Assembly: GCA_001938485.1 (NCBI GenBank)
Contig: MQRK01214093.1
Coordinates: 1-56,892, forward strand
Origin: Girardia tigrina
Taxonomy: Eukaryota
Direction: 5' to 3'
DNA: 56,892 nucleotides
Shown: positions 1 through 10,960 of the stretch, one piece after another
Layout: each line of letters opens with the position of its first letter
Numbering within the stretch: position 1 is the first letter of the stretch
The notes under the pieces: model-generated
What the model was told of the DNA's origin: nothing
The model's input: the letters and a program-made list of their open reading frames with translations, nothing else
Databases searched by the model: none
Program-made: the position numbers and the translations under genes

Positions 1-1940
1 GAATATTTGTTTTAATATTCGATGTAATGTAGTTTTTTTTAAATAAATATATTAATCGTCAATTGCATTTATTGATTTTTGATTATCGTATCATTAATAT
101 TATTGTCATAATATAACATAAACACTTACTAGTAAATATTTTACTAGTCATAGAAACACTCAATTAGAAATGTGATACTTGCATCACTATCGACACAAAT
201 TTATTACTATCTGTACTAAAGGTGAGATTTGCTAAAAACAATATTTCGAGGAACATCCAAGGATATAACATTACTTCAAATTGAAATTTGATTCAAGCAT
301 AAATGTATAATTAATAAATTCATAAAAGGGTTAGTGTCAGTGGGGTTGATCATTATTGTTTGTCACTGTTTTGTTGTCTATGACGATTGACCAACATTAG
401 TCTGCCAGATATCGAAACATTTGTTAAATGTTATTCTATCGCGTTTAGCAGAAATAGAGATAATGTGATGCACTGACAACATTATTCATCACTCACTACC
501 ATGTACGCCAATGCTGGTACTGTAGTCACTGTGATAGTCAGTTATCCATCCAGTTGGGGGAGACGTCGAAACTATCATATACGTCAATAAAATAGTTCAT
601 AATTATTTTTAAATTTTATCATTATCTAATTTATATCATAATTAATTAGGGTAAACTATATTTATATAAAATCTTAAGATATCGAACAAGTCTTAGATGC
701 TATTAAAGTTATTTTTTGTATAGATTAAGATAATGTAGTTGTTTATAGCCTGTTAGACATTTACTTGAAATTTAGAATTTGAAATTCAGTCTTAGAAAAA
801 GGTAGGCGGGATTATCCATGATTAGTTAATTTTTTTAATAAATGTTACCACAATCAATAAAAATCAATATCTCCTATTTATACACAATTGTCATCTCGAA
901 TTATAACAAAAAGCACTAAAAGATGCCCTTCAGTTACATTGAGATTTTTATTTTAGGCGGTCCTCATGAAAGGATAAACGTATTCTCCCTTTGATAGTAA
1001 TAATAATAACAATAATAAATAGTTGACACACACACAGTTTGACGACCGCCATACCAAATTTTAAGTGTCTCTTAAACTGCCATTCAAATCACTAAAATAA
1101 TAACATTAAAGCATTTAAACAAATGATAAATATTTCTATTAAACAAATTGTATAAAAATAAACAATTTTCGATATGCAAATTATAATATATTATAAATAA
1201 TTGATGATATATCTATAAAAAATGTTATTTAAATTTATCAATCTATTATTTAATCGAAATATATTTATTTTAAATAATTATCATTTATTTTTTTAGTTGG
1301 TAAAAAATTTTCGTTTATTATTGAAAGAAAATTATATTTTTTGTCATTTTCTCAAAATTTATAATATTTGCGATTAATTAATTACTAACTTATTGTATAG
1401 AAATAGATGTAAATTTATTTTCATATATCATTTAATAAATTCAGATCAATGGATGTTAATCATTCTGTTTTAGACATTGGTTCTTGTTTTTTTTGAATCG
1501 TAATGCTATTTTTTCGAAAACATTTTAAGTCTGGTGTCTTTAGACATCCGGAACAATTTAACTCTCCTATAAGTTTGATAGTATAACAATGAAATTGTAA
1601 TTTGTTCTTACATGAAATGAATTCTTAAACTTTTTATAAATCAAAATATGGAAAAACTTATCAATTCATTTTATTATAAATTATTATTATGGTTATAGTG
1701 AGCAAACATATGAAAATGTGGAACTGTGCATTTGACAAAATTTTGATGACATGGTTTCTGACGGAATCGTATGACCTTGATGTAACAAGCGTTCGCCGAC
1801 TGAACGGATAACTGAGTATCGTAGAGACTACAGTACCAGCATAGGCATACCGAGTAACAGAGTAAATCTGTTGACTTGTAATTCTAATTATTGAAAATTC
1901 GAAATATGAACTTAAGAAATATATGCCCGTTTATAAATTG

Positions 1941-2222
1941 CTAAACGTTTACGCTTCTTAAAAATCGAAAACGTTAAAAAGCGAAATTTGCCCACCTCTA
2001 GTCCCACGAAAAAGCTAAATAGATTGGGACAATGTGTTCTTTACCAATGAATAGGCCTAAGGCAGCCTGAATAAAGTTTCAAAAAAAGTATAACTCATGT
2101 TGTGAGTTTTGAAATACAAACTTGATAATTATACGCTCGTTTAGAAATCATTAAACGTTTAAACGTCCTAAAAAACGAAAACGTTTAAACGGTCGTTTAA
2201 ACGCTAAACGTGCCCACCTCTA
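1941..2222 (-). mobile_element. Two tandem termini of a non-autonomous DNA transposon (TAGAGGTGGGCA end, AAACG-rich subterminal repeats; hAT-like MITE remnant)
   Basis: tgcccacctcta occurs at 1989-2000 and 2211-2222, each preceded by repeated aaacgttt motifs. No opposite terminus found. Confidence 0.4.
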
Positions 2223-2880
2223 GATTAGAACATTGAAGCATCGTGTTTGGAATCACATTTATCATTATATACATTATCTTTATCGTAATTTATATTAATT
2301 GAATCCTTCATCTCTCTCTTACTTCGAAAAGACCGAAATAATTTGAATGACAATTTGTTTATGTTATTTCTGTTGTTGCCACCCAAAATCGTCCATTCTA
2401 GATTTTGAATTATTTTCCTTAATAAATTGGTTTTTTTCGAAAGACATTAAAATTCCTAGAACTTAAATTCGACCTTTGATTATAAAATTCAATACAAGCT
2501 TTCCTCGAACTTTTATTTCACAACAATTTACAACCTATTTACAACATTTTTGATTTCGTGTGTGTACACTTTTTACATTTAGATTTATTTAAACCAGGGC
2601 TTCCAACGGGGTCCAGGTTGACCCCTAGGGATCCACAACGTGATTAAGGAGGTCCACAGCAAAATTATGATTTATATTTATAAAAAGTGTTATTCAAAAA
2701 TTTAGAAATTCAAAAAGTCAATGATTTAAAACGTTTCTAACAAGTTTCCATCTCTAATAAATAAAATTTTATCAACCATAAAATGATGAAAAATATTATT
2801 GTTTAAATAAATAAATTTTTAATACTTTTTTAAATACCCAATTTTGATATGAGTAAAAGCAATTAAAATTGTAGGGAATA

Positions 2881-4213
2881 CAGGGGTGGACATAAGTCGC
2901 TTTACCCAGTTTTAATAATAATAAACACAAAATTTTAAATCATAGAACTTTTATTTAATCAGCGTACAANAATAATTTCAAAACAAAAACTTGGAAACAA
3001 AAAAATCTTATCTTCAAAGCTTTGTCCTTCAGATTTAATACACAACTGGATTCTTCTCTGAACAGAGTGACGGATTCGTAGGCACAAATTTTTATCGTTG
3101 TTCAAGGCTGCAATTTCTGTAGTAATTCTTTCCTTCAACTCGGATATGGTTAGAAAATTTTGTGAGTAAACGCGTTCCTTCAGGATACCCCACATTGAAT
3201 AATCACAGGGTGTCAGGTCCGGTGATTGTGGAGGCCATTTAAAAGTTCCTCTCCTGCCGATCCACATCTCAAAACTATTATCCAAAAAGTCGCGTACATT
3301 TCTACCATAATGAGGGGGAGCACCCTCCTGCATCCAAACGTCGTTATCTGCGTCGAACTGAGGTACGGCAAAATCACGCAGCATGTCGAGATATAGTTTA
3401 GAATTAACCGTTCTATCAAATAAGTATGGACCCAGCACACCAATTGAACGTATTCCTCCACACACACAAATTTCTGGAGAAAGATTGTTAGTCTCCCATA
3501 CCAGGTGAGGATTCTCAGTGGAGTAGTACATGGCATTATGCAAATTAATGTGACCATTCAACTTAAATGAAGCTTCGTCGGTCCAAATTATTCTGTCCCT
3601 GATGTCAATGTTCTCATGGAGTTGTTGCTGTAACCATTCGCAAAATTCTATGCGCCTGTCATAATCGTCATCATTCATTTGATGGAGCAACCGAGCTCGC
3701 CAAACTTTCAACTCAATGTCCTTCATTATTCTACGTAAACTTGTGCGTGGTATATGCAAATGCAAACTTGTACGAACTGCAGATGTTGATGGCGCATTCT
3801 GATAGAAAGTTCTAACATTTTCTTTATTTTCCTCGGTATTCACATTGTTAGGGCGCCCACTTCTTTTCTTGTCGGTTACAGAGCCGGTCTCGTGAAACTT
3901 CTTAGCTATAACATGCATTGATTGTCGTGACGGAGGAGCGTCATTAGGATACTCTTTTGCAAATGCTGCAGCTACAGCTCTTGAATTCCTATCATGCTTT
4001 ATCCACTGCTTTACTATAAAAATGTGTTGCTGAAGTGTTAATTGTCGTTCCATGCCAATATTGCCAACAACAATGAACAAAATGAAATAATTTTAAAAGT
4101 TTTTAAATAAATAATTATTAAAACAGAAACTTTTATCTGGTTTTTGTTTATAAATCCTTTAGAATTTTCTGTTTATAATTAAAACTGGGTAAAGCGACTT
4201 ATGGCCACCCCTG
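2881..4213 (-). mobile_element. Tc1/mariner element, rosa (DD41D)-like, 1333 bp
   Basis: About 36-bp TIRs (caggggtggacataagtcgctttacccagttttaat) at 2881 and ending at 4213, with TA on both sides. Encloses the transposase ORF. Confidence 0.95.
2959..4053 (-). CDS. Tc1/mariner (rosa-like) transposase, probably inactive
   Basis: HTH region with RSGRP, WTDEA, QEGAPPHY and WPPQSPDLTPCD motifs. The second catalytic Asp is Glu. First ATG at 4053 (MERQL). Confidence 0.9.
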   Translation of the reverse strand: MERQLTLQQHIFIVKQWIKHDRNSRAVAAAFAKEYPNDAPPSRQSMHVIAKKFHETGSVTDKKRSGRPNNVNTEENKENVRTFYQNAPSTSAVRTSLHLHIPRTSLRRIMKDIELKVWRARLLHQMNDDDYDRRIEFCEWLQQQLHENIDIRDRIIWTDEASFKLNGHINLHNAMYYSTENPHLVWETNNLSPEICVCGGIRSIGVLGPYLFDRTVNSKLYLDMLRDFAVPQFDADNDVWMQEGAPPHYGRNVRDFLDNSFEMWIGRRGTFKWPPQSPDLTPCDYSMWGILKERVYSQNFLTISELKERITTEIAALNNDKNLCLRIRHSVQRRIQLCIKSEGQSFEDKIFLFPSFCFEIIXVR

Positions 4214-4249
4214 TATAGAACTTACATTTATTATATCAGAAATCATTCA

Positions 4250-4723
4250 GTTCTGAATCCAGTGGCGCAAATAAAGACGTTGTCTCTGGAGTTCTGAAAG
4301 ACAATTCAGGATGGCATCTACGAAAATTGTCAAGCCAATCCTAACCAGCCGTATTTGTGTCTGTGTTGAAACGGTGTTGTTTTGAAGGTATGTTGTTATA
4401 TACAGAAAGCTCATATGCCATTTTTCTGCCGTCTATAATTGTTAAGCTATAAAGTAGCCGCTCCATTTTCATGATATATTCCACAAGATGCTGCTTCAAT
4501 TCAAAAGACAAACTCATTGTTCTTGAACGAAGCATTTTAACATTTTCAATCGCACGATAATTTTTTTCTTTTCCTCGAGCACGTAATGAACAAATAGGTA
4601 CACCAAAGCATATACAAGCTCGAAGGTAACCAATCTTCGACCATACACTGATTCAATGGTGGACTTCATCGACTTTTCGTCAAAACTTTGGCGTTTAGTT
4701 TTTCTTTTGTATTAGTTAAGCAT
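4250..4723 (-). pseudogene. pogo/Tigger-like (HTH-psq + CENP-B HTH) transposase N-terminal remnant
   Basis: Translates with stops and frameshifts to YKRKTKRQSFDEKSMKSTIESV..GYLRA..FGVP..HLVEYIMKME..MAYEL..AG*DWLDNFRRCHPELSFRTPE. Confidence 0.75.
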
Positions 4724-5331
4724 ATAAAGAGAAATAAAGTAAGCATGGTGGTTCAAATTTTACTTATATTTTAATCGATAACATAGTTTTAACGTAGTTA
4801 AGATCCATCCAGTTTGTATTCCGTGTTACCTGGATATTGCGAGCAAGAGGGGTTAATTTAAATTTTTATCTCGCCTAATTATTATTTTTTTAATTTAAAG
4901 GATAAAATATTTTAATGTTAATATGCTTATTCAATATTTTAAAATTAAAAATTTATTTTAAAAAATTTAAAATGATATAATAAAAGAAAAACATAAAAAA
5001 ATAAATATCTATTTAAAAATAAGAAAATATCTTTTAATGTATCTATTAAATATCTTAAAATTAAAAATGTTAAGAAAACTATAAAATATTAAATATTTAT
5101 GTATAAATAAAAATATTTTTAATAAGCAAATTTTAAATAAATTTTGAAATAAATTTTGTAAATAAATTTTAAATAATTTTTGAAGTAAATTTTTGAAATA
5201 AATTTTCAGGATTTTAAAAATTGAATCGAAAAGAAATTAATAGATTAATTTGTGGCGGGATAATTAAATTAACAAGAAAATTTGTTTTAAATATGTGAAT
5301 TGTTATATAAATAAATTTTGGTGTTAAAAAA

Positions 5332-5535
5332 ATGAACTCGAATATCAATGTTGCAACCACCTCTTACATGACGACAAACGCTACAATAAATATCTTCACG
5401 GGTCAACTGTTACCTGAAAAGTACAAGAAAGGCGATAATGTGGAGACATTTATTGAAGAATGTGATACATTCTTTAATTTTGTAGGAATAGCGAAGGCCA
5501 AACAAAAGACAATAGTCGTTTGTTTGTTGGAAATA
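5332..5535 (+). pseudogene. Ty3/gypsy gag N-terminal fragment
   Basis: PEKYKKGDNVETFIEECDTFF resembles the gag start of the element at 29.6 kb (PEKFDG..LEEFIKNFNRY). A PBS-like TGGTGT lies at 5318. Confidence 0.55.
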
Positions 5536-5774
5536 TCGATGTTGCAAGCACCTCTCACAGCGAGGATTTTTCTTCTTAGTCGTCTATGTCATTTACCCTG
5601 AACGTGCAAAACATTAAGAAATCATCTTATTAAAAGTATATAGAACAACAACTGAATTACACCCATTATAATTTTATATAGAAAAAAATTAATATAATTA
5701 AACAATAAATTCACTGTGCCATAGATTAAAGAGCGCATCAATACGTAAGACACAAAAGACTTCAAATATGAATA

Positions 5775-6357
5775 ATGAATTCATCATTCACAGTTTTCGT
5801 TTCTTGGAAAACAACATTCACTTAAGTATGATTCGCTGATTTAAGAGTGCTTAGCCAGACTATCAAAATTATTTACTAAACATGTTAAGAGTATGAGGAT
5901 ATTAACATAGAAAATATGGCCCTATGTCATTTTACCTGTACTCCCCTATAAGATTGTAGTTGCGAAATAAGGTCACTAAAAAATATTTATTAAAGAAAAT
6001 CGACAATTAGAAAAAGTATTAGGAAATAAAAATGATCGCCAATTTTCAAGAAAAAACAAAAGTCAAATTAAAAAATTAAAGTGAATAAAAAAATTTTGGT
6101 TCTGGTTTAATAACAATTGAAGTAAAAAATGTTTTTCAAAAAAGTAATAACAATTTGAGGAGTTGTTTAAATATTCAGCAGAGCAAAATGTATTAGTGGA
6201 GTGATTATTTTTTTCTAAATTTGATTATCGAATTGGTGTAGTTTTCTTTGTTTTGTATGGGCATCCAATACATTTTGAAATAATCGATGGACTCGTTTAT
6301 TCAAATGGTGTGTCAAGCAAAACTAACAAAATCGTTGTAAAATTTTAAATTATATAA
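5775..6357. repeat. Left inner arm of the inverted duplication (partner 7181-7249 plus 8374-8922)
   Basis: Direct reverse-complement match. Includes a MITE-like end (taggggagtacaggtaaaatgacatag on the minus strand). Confidence 0.92.
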
Positions 6358-6519
6358 TAATCAATCAAATTAAAAATTATTCTTTCCCAACTTATTTTCA
6401 TTTTAAACTTTTCATTCTTCAACTAGAACAACGTTACCGTCCACTATTTGTTCCGATTTGGTTGATTCATTCATCTTCTGTACTGGTTCATGTTGGACTG
6501 TTGCTGGAGACAATAATTA

Positions 6520-6668
6520 AAGGTTTTCTAAAGAAAACCTTTTAGAAAACGTTTCCGCATTTAAGTTAAACAAAATATTTCCAGTATATTGTATACCATA
6601 TTATGTAACAATGATATAAAATAGTATATAAATGTCAAAATTTATTCTAATATCATTATTATTTTAAA
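6520..6668 (+). promoter_or_regulatory. Putative promoter/5'UTR of orphan-family copy 1
   Basis: About 150 bp is clearly homologous to 49681-49829, upstream of copy 3 (tttccgcatttaagttaaac...tgtcaaaatttattctaatatcattattatt). TATA-like tatataaa near 6625. Confidence 0.5.
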
Positions 6669-7136
6669 ATGCAACAAGTTCCTGATGTAAATGAAGAGAG
6701 AGAAAGTGTTCCTAATCTTATTAAAAAATTTAATGAACTTTATCGTTCTAAACCTATGAGAAAACTACAATCCGAATCATTTAAAAATGAAGCATCTCAT
6801 TTCAAAAGTGATGCACTTTGTACTAATTTAAATGAATCAACAGTTTCTCACAGTCAATATTCTTCTGTCGTAAACGAAGAGAGAGATAGTATTGCTAATC
6901 TTATTAAAAAGCTTGATGATTTTTTTCGTTCTAAACCTATGCGAACACCACAATCCGAATCATTTAAAAATGAAGCATCTCATTTCAAAAGTGAATCACA
7001 TTGTACTAATTTAATTGAATCAACAGTTTCTCACAGTCAATTTTGTTCTTTCGGATATGAAAACATACAAAATTCATTCAGTTCTCAATCGAGCAATTTG
7101 TTTCTATATCTTAGACATTTAATTGGTCAATATTAA
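6669..7136 (+). CDS. Orphan 61-aa-repeat protein, copy 1 (2 repeats, 3'-truncated)
   Basis: Starts MQQVPDVNEER and has two 61-aa units. Homology to copy 3 stops near 7098, so the family C-terminus is missing. Confidence 0.6.
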   Translation: MQQVPDVNEERESVPNLIKKFNELYRSKPMRKLQSESFKNEASHFKSDALCTNLNESTVSHSQYSSVVNEERDSIANLIKKLDDFFRSKPMRTPQSESFKNEASHFKSESHCTNLIESTVSHSQFCSFGYENIQNSFSSQSSNLFLYLRHLIGQY

Positions 7137-7180
7137 CATAAATGGTAACTATTTTCGAAAATATTAATTTTATTTTTTTC

Positions 7181-8922
7181 TTATATAATTTAAAATTAAA
7201 TTTATGAAATTATTTAAAATTTTACAACGATTTTGTTAGTTTTACTTGATGTTGCGGAAATCGTGATTCCACATTATATTCAAAATATAAATCAAATCCG
7301 ATTGTCGTGATTATTTTTATTTTATTTTTTATTGTCTATTTCATTTTTTTTGCCCGAAAATCTGGTGATTATTTGAAATGATTCGCATTTGTCATAACAG
7401 ATTATGACAACGCCTTTCTAATAAGCTACTTTAGAAAAGGTGTTACAATTTCTTGAGAGACACCTTTTACAGGTAGAATATTTCGAATTTGAATAGTTAC
7501 GATTTTTATAGTAATCATTAGACATAATCAAAATAGACATAATCACTGAACGAAAAAAAAGCGAAGAAATATTTTTGAAACTTTATTGAGATTGAAAATA
7601 TTTTTCGTATTAATTAATGATTGTACACATTTTTTACACATTTTTTTTACCATTAATTGTTTATTAACAAATATTTTGTACACTTTTTACCATTAATTTC
7701 ACGACATTGATTCAAAATGGATTGAACATTTGTTGATTGAATTTAATTTAATTTTTGAAAATTGATCCCTTTAAACACTTTATTTAAAAAAATTAAATTG
7801 TGACAAAAATTTACATTCGAATCCTTTTGCAGCACACACAAACAATTTCTCCAATCATATTCATACATTTTCAGAAAATTACATTTATTTATTTAACACA
7901 CAAACATATACATACACACATCCAAGATTACATGTACATGTTCTCAACTCAATTAAACACAAACACAATCACTCAACTCGCCCTCAACATACATCTCAAT
8001 TTCCCAGGTGATTACTATTCACCGAATTTAATTTAAAAGATCTAAATGCCACAAATAAAATTGATTGATTTACAACTCGTAATCGATAATAAACAAAATG
8101 AATCCAAAAACTACAAAATACCGTCACAAAACGATATGAAAGTGATGGTTTAATTATTTAAATGAATTTTAACTTTGTTTAATGATTTTAATTATTTAAT
8201 TTTATTTTTAATTATTTAATTTAGTTATTTTATTCATTTAAACTTTTTTAATTACTTTAAACTTTTTTTAATTGTTTAATTTACTTAAACATATTTATTT
8301 TATTTGTTTGGAATATATATATATTTTCAAAAACTAGCAAAATATTCGGCTAATCATTCGATTTTCCGCTCCACTTGACATACCACTCATATGAACAAAC
8401 GAGTCCATCGATTATTTCAAAATGTATTGGATGCCCATACAAAACAAAGAAAACTACATCAATTCGATTAATCAAATTTAGAAAAAAATAATCACTCCAC
8501 TAATACATTTTGCTCTGCTGAATATTTAAAAAAAATCCTCAAATTGTTATTAGTTTTTTGAAAAACATTTTTTACTTCAATTGTTATTAAACCAGAACCA
8601 AAGTTTTTTTATTGACTTTAATTTTTTAATTTAATTTTAGTTTTTTCTTGAAAATTGTCGATCATTTTTATTTCCTAATACTTTTTCTAATTGTCGATTT
8701 CCTTTAATAAATAATTTTTAGTGACCTTATTTCGCAACTACAATCTTATAGAGGAGTACAGGTAAAATGACATAGAGCCGTATTTTCTATGTTAATATCC
8801 TCATACTCTTAACATGTTTAGTAAATAATTTTGATAGTCTGGCTAAGCACTCTTAAATCAGCGAATCATACTTAAGTGAATGTTGTTTTCCAAGAAACGA
8901 AAACTGTGAATGATGAATTCAT
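7181..8922. repeat. Right inner arm of the inverted duplication, interrupted by a solo LTR
   Basis: 7181-7249 and 8374-8922 are the reverse complement of 5775-6357. Confidence 0.9.
7250..8373. mobile_element. Solo LTR, 1124 bp, 5-bp TSD CTTGA
   Basis: TG...CA ends with short inverted termini (tgttgcggaaatcg / cgattttccgctcca). CTTGA at 7245-7249 and 8374-8378. A single CTTGA (empty site) is present in the other arm at 6313-6317. Confidence 0.85.
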
Positions 8923-9089
8923 CAATTGTTTTTGATTTATTTAATATTTCATTGTTTGATCATCATTAACCAAATAATAAAAAATTCCAAACACTTCAAG
9001 AGATGAAAGAAAACTTATTCTTTCAATTTCAAATTAATCAATAATAAAATTCGACAACATTTTAGTTTCTCAAATTAAAAAATCATTGA

Positions 9090-10200
9090 AATACATTGAT
9101 TTTTGTGGACCAGTAAAAAGAAATATAAATGGATATATATTTGCAAACTATAAATCAAAAAACAATTGATTAATTCATCATTCACAGTTTTCGTTTCTTG
9201 GAAAACCACATTCACTTAAATATGATTCGCTGATTTAAAAGTGTCAGACTATCAAAATTATTTACTAAACTTGTTAAGAGTGTGAGGACGCTAAGATAGA
9301 AAATACGGCCCTATGTAATTTTACCTGTACTCCCCCCTATAAGATTTTAGTTGCGAAATATTAGCCTGAATGAAGGTGCTAGTCAAGAAAAAACAGTTAG
9401 AAAATTGTTATTGGATAAATGGATAGGGAAATTCGGACCACCAAAAGAAATCCATGTAGACAGAGGCAAAACATTTGCATCGGCTTTGTTCAAGGACATG
9501 GCGAAAAAAATAAAAGTTGAAGTATTCTATTCGAGTCCATATCATCCTAATACAAAATGAATCATGGAAAGACAGTTTCTCACGATCATAGATGCTTTGA
9601 ATATTAGAATGAAGGTTGGAGATCATTAAGAATGGACAGAAGTCTTATCAGAAGTCGAGTTTATGTTAAATAGTACTGTACAAGCTACGACAGGCATGTC
9701 ACCAACCGAGATAGTATTTGGAAGGAAACTGAGACATTGTTAGAAAAAAAATTATCAAGATAACAAAAATGTGAAAGCAGTTGAAGAAAAACAGTGACAA
9801 GAAAAAATTTTTAAGTCGGCGACAAAGTATTGATTAAGAAGAAAGATGTCTCAAAAGAAGATGACCGTTACATGCGTCCCGTAACAATGTTGAAAAGAAA
9901 TCATGAAAGAAGCTACGAGTTACAGCTTGAAGATGAAATAATTTTTATTAGAAATGTTGAATGACTAAAGCCATTTAAATCGAGGTGATGTGAGAAATAT
10001 TTTGAATGTATGATGTTTTGTGTTTGAATGTGGTATGTTGATTTGCAATTGTGTCTCTCCTACCCAGATGGCTGATTAATATTTGAATTCTTATTATCTT
10101 AAAATATATAACGTTTAGATTTATTTCTAATTTAACAAAAATTTAACGTTAACAAAACGGGATTTCCAGGTCGGTTTTAAAAACGTTTTTGATTTTTAAT
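9090..10200 (+). mobile_element. Ty3/gypsy integrase remnant with PPT and start of the 3' LTR
   Basis: YIDFCGPVKRNING, KFGPPKEIHVDRGKTF, SSPYHPN and a PTEIVFGRKL tail, similar to the integrase at 25.2-25.9 kb. aaatcgaggtga is followed by TG at 9989. Several stops. Confidence 0.85.
9176..9360 (+). repeat. Third copy of the inner-arm segment (direct to 5781-5968, inverted to 8730-8922), inserted in the integrase remnant
   Basis: Direct sequence match, including sequence beyond the MITE-like end. Confidence 0.85.
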
Positions 10201-10450
10201 AGTTGTTTTATTACATCATTTTTAATTTTAAAATATTGGATAAGCATATTAACATTAAAATATTTTACCCTTTAAATTAAAAAATAATAAATTATACTGG
10301 CGAGATAAAATTTTAAATTAACCCCTCATACTCGCAATATCCAGGTAACACGGAATACCAACTGGATGGCTCTTAACTACGTTAAAACTATGTTATCGAT
10401 TAAAATATAAGTAAAATTTGAACCACCATGCTTACTTTATTTCTCTTTAT

Positions 10451-10930
10451 ATGCTTAACTAATACAAAAGAAAAACTAAACGCCAAAGTTTTGACGAAAA
10501 GTCGATGAAGTCCACCATTGAAGCAGTGTATGGTCGAAGATTGGTTACCTTCGAGCTTGTATATGCTTTGGTGTACCTATTTGTTCATTACGTGCACGGG
10601 TAAAAGAAAAAAATTACCGTGCGATTGAAAATGTTAAAATACTTAGTTCAAGAACGATGAGTTTGTCTTTTGAATTGAAGGAGCATCTTGTGGAATATAT
10701 CATGAAAATGGAGCGGCTACTTTATAGCTTAACAATTATAGACGACAAAAAAATGGCATATGAGCTTTCTGTATATAACAACATACCTTCAAAACAACAC
10801 CGTTAAAACACAGACACAAATATGGCTGGTTAGGATTGGCTTGTCAATTTTCGTAGATGCCATCCTGAATTGTCTTTCAGAACTCCAGAGACAACGTCTT
10901 TATTTGCGCCACTGGATTCAGAACTGAATG
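10451..10930 (+). pseudogene. pogo-like transposase remnant, second (inverted) copy
   Basis: Reverse complement of 4250-4723. Confidence 0.75.
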
Positions 10931-10960
10931 ATTTCTGATGTAATAAATGTAAGTTCTATA

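Larger units (their letters stand above)
2221..4985. repeat. Left outer arm of a large inverted duplication (partner 10205-14644)
   Basis: The reverse complement matches 10205-12820 plus 14511-14644 on direct comparison, including both flanks of the Tc1 element. Confidence 0.95.

Noticed and set aside
531-578. Possible hammerhead (gatagtc...gaaactatc)
   Set aside because: No CUGANGA core.
3213-3557. 114-aa ORF (and its twin at 11617-11961)
   Set aside because: Alternate frame inside the transposase; conserved only because the DNA is duplicated.
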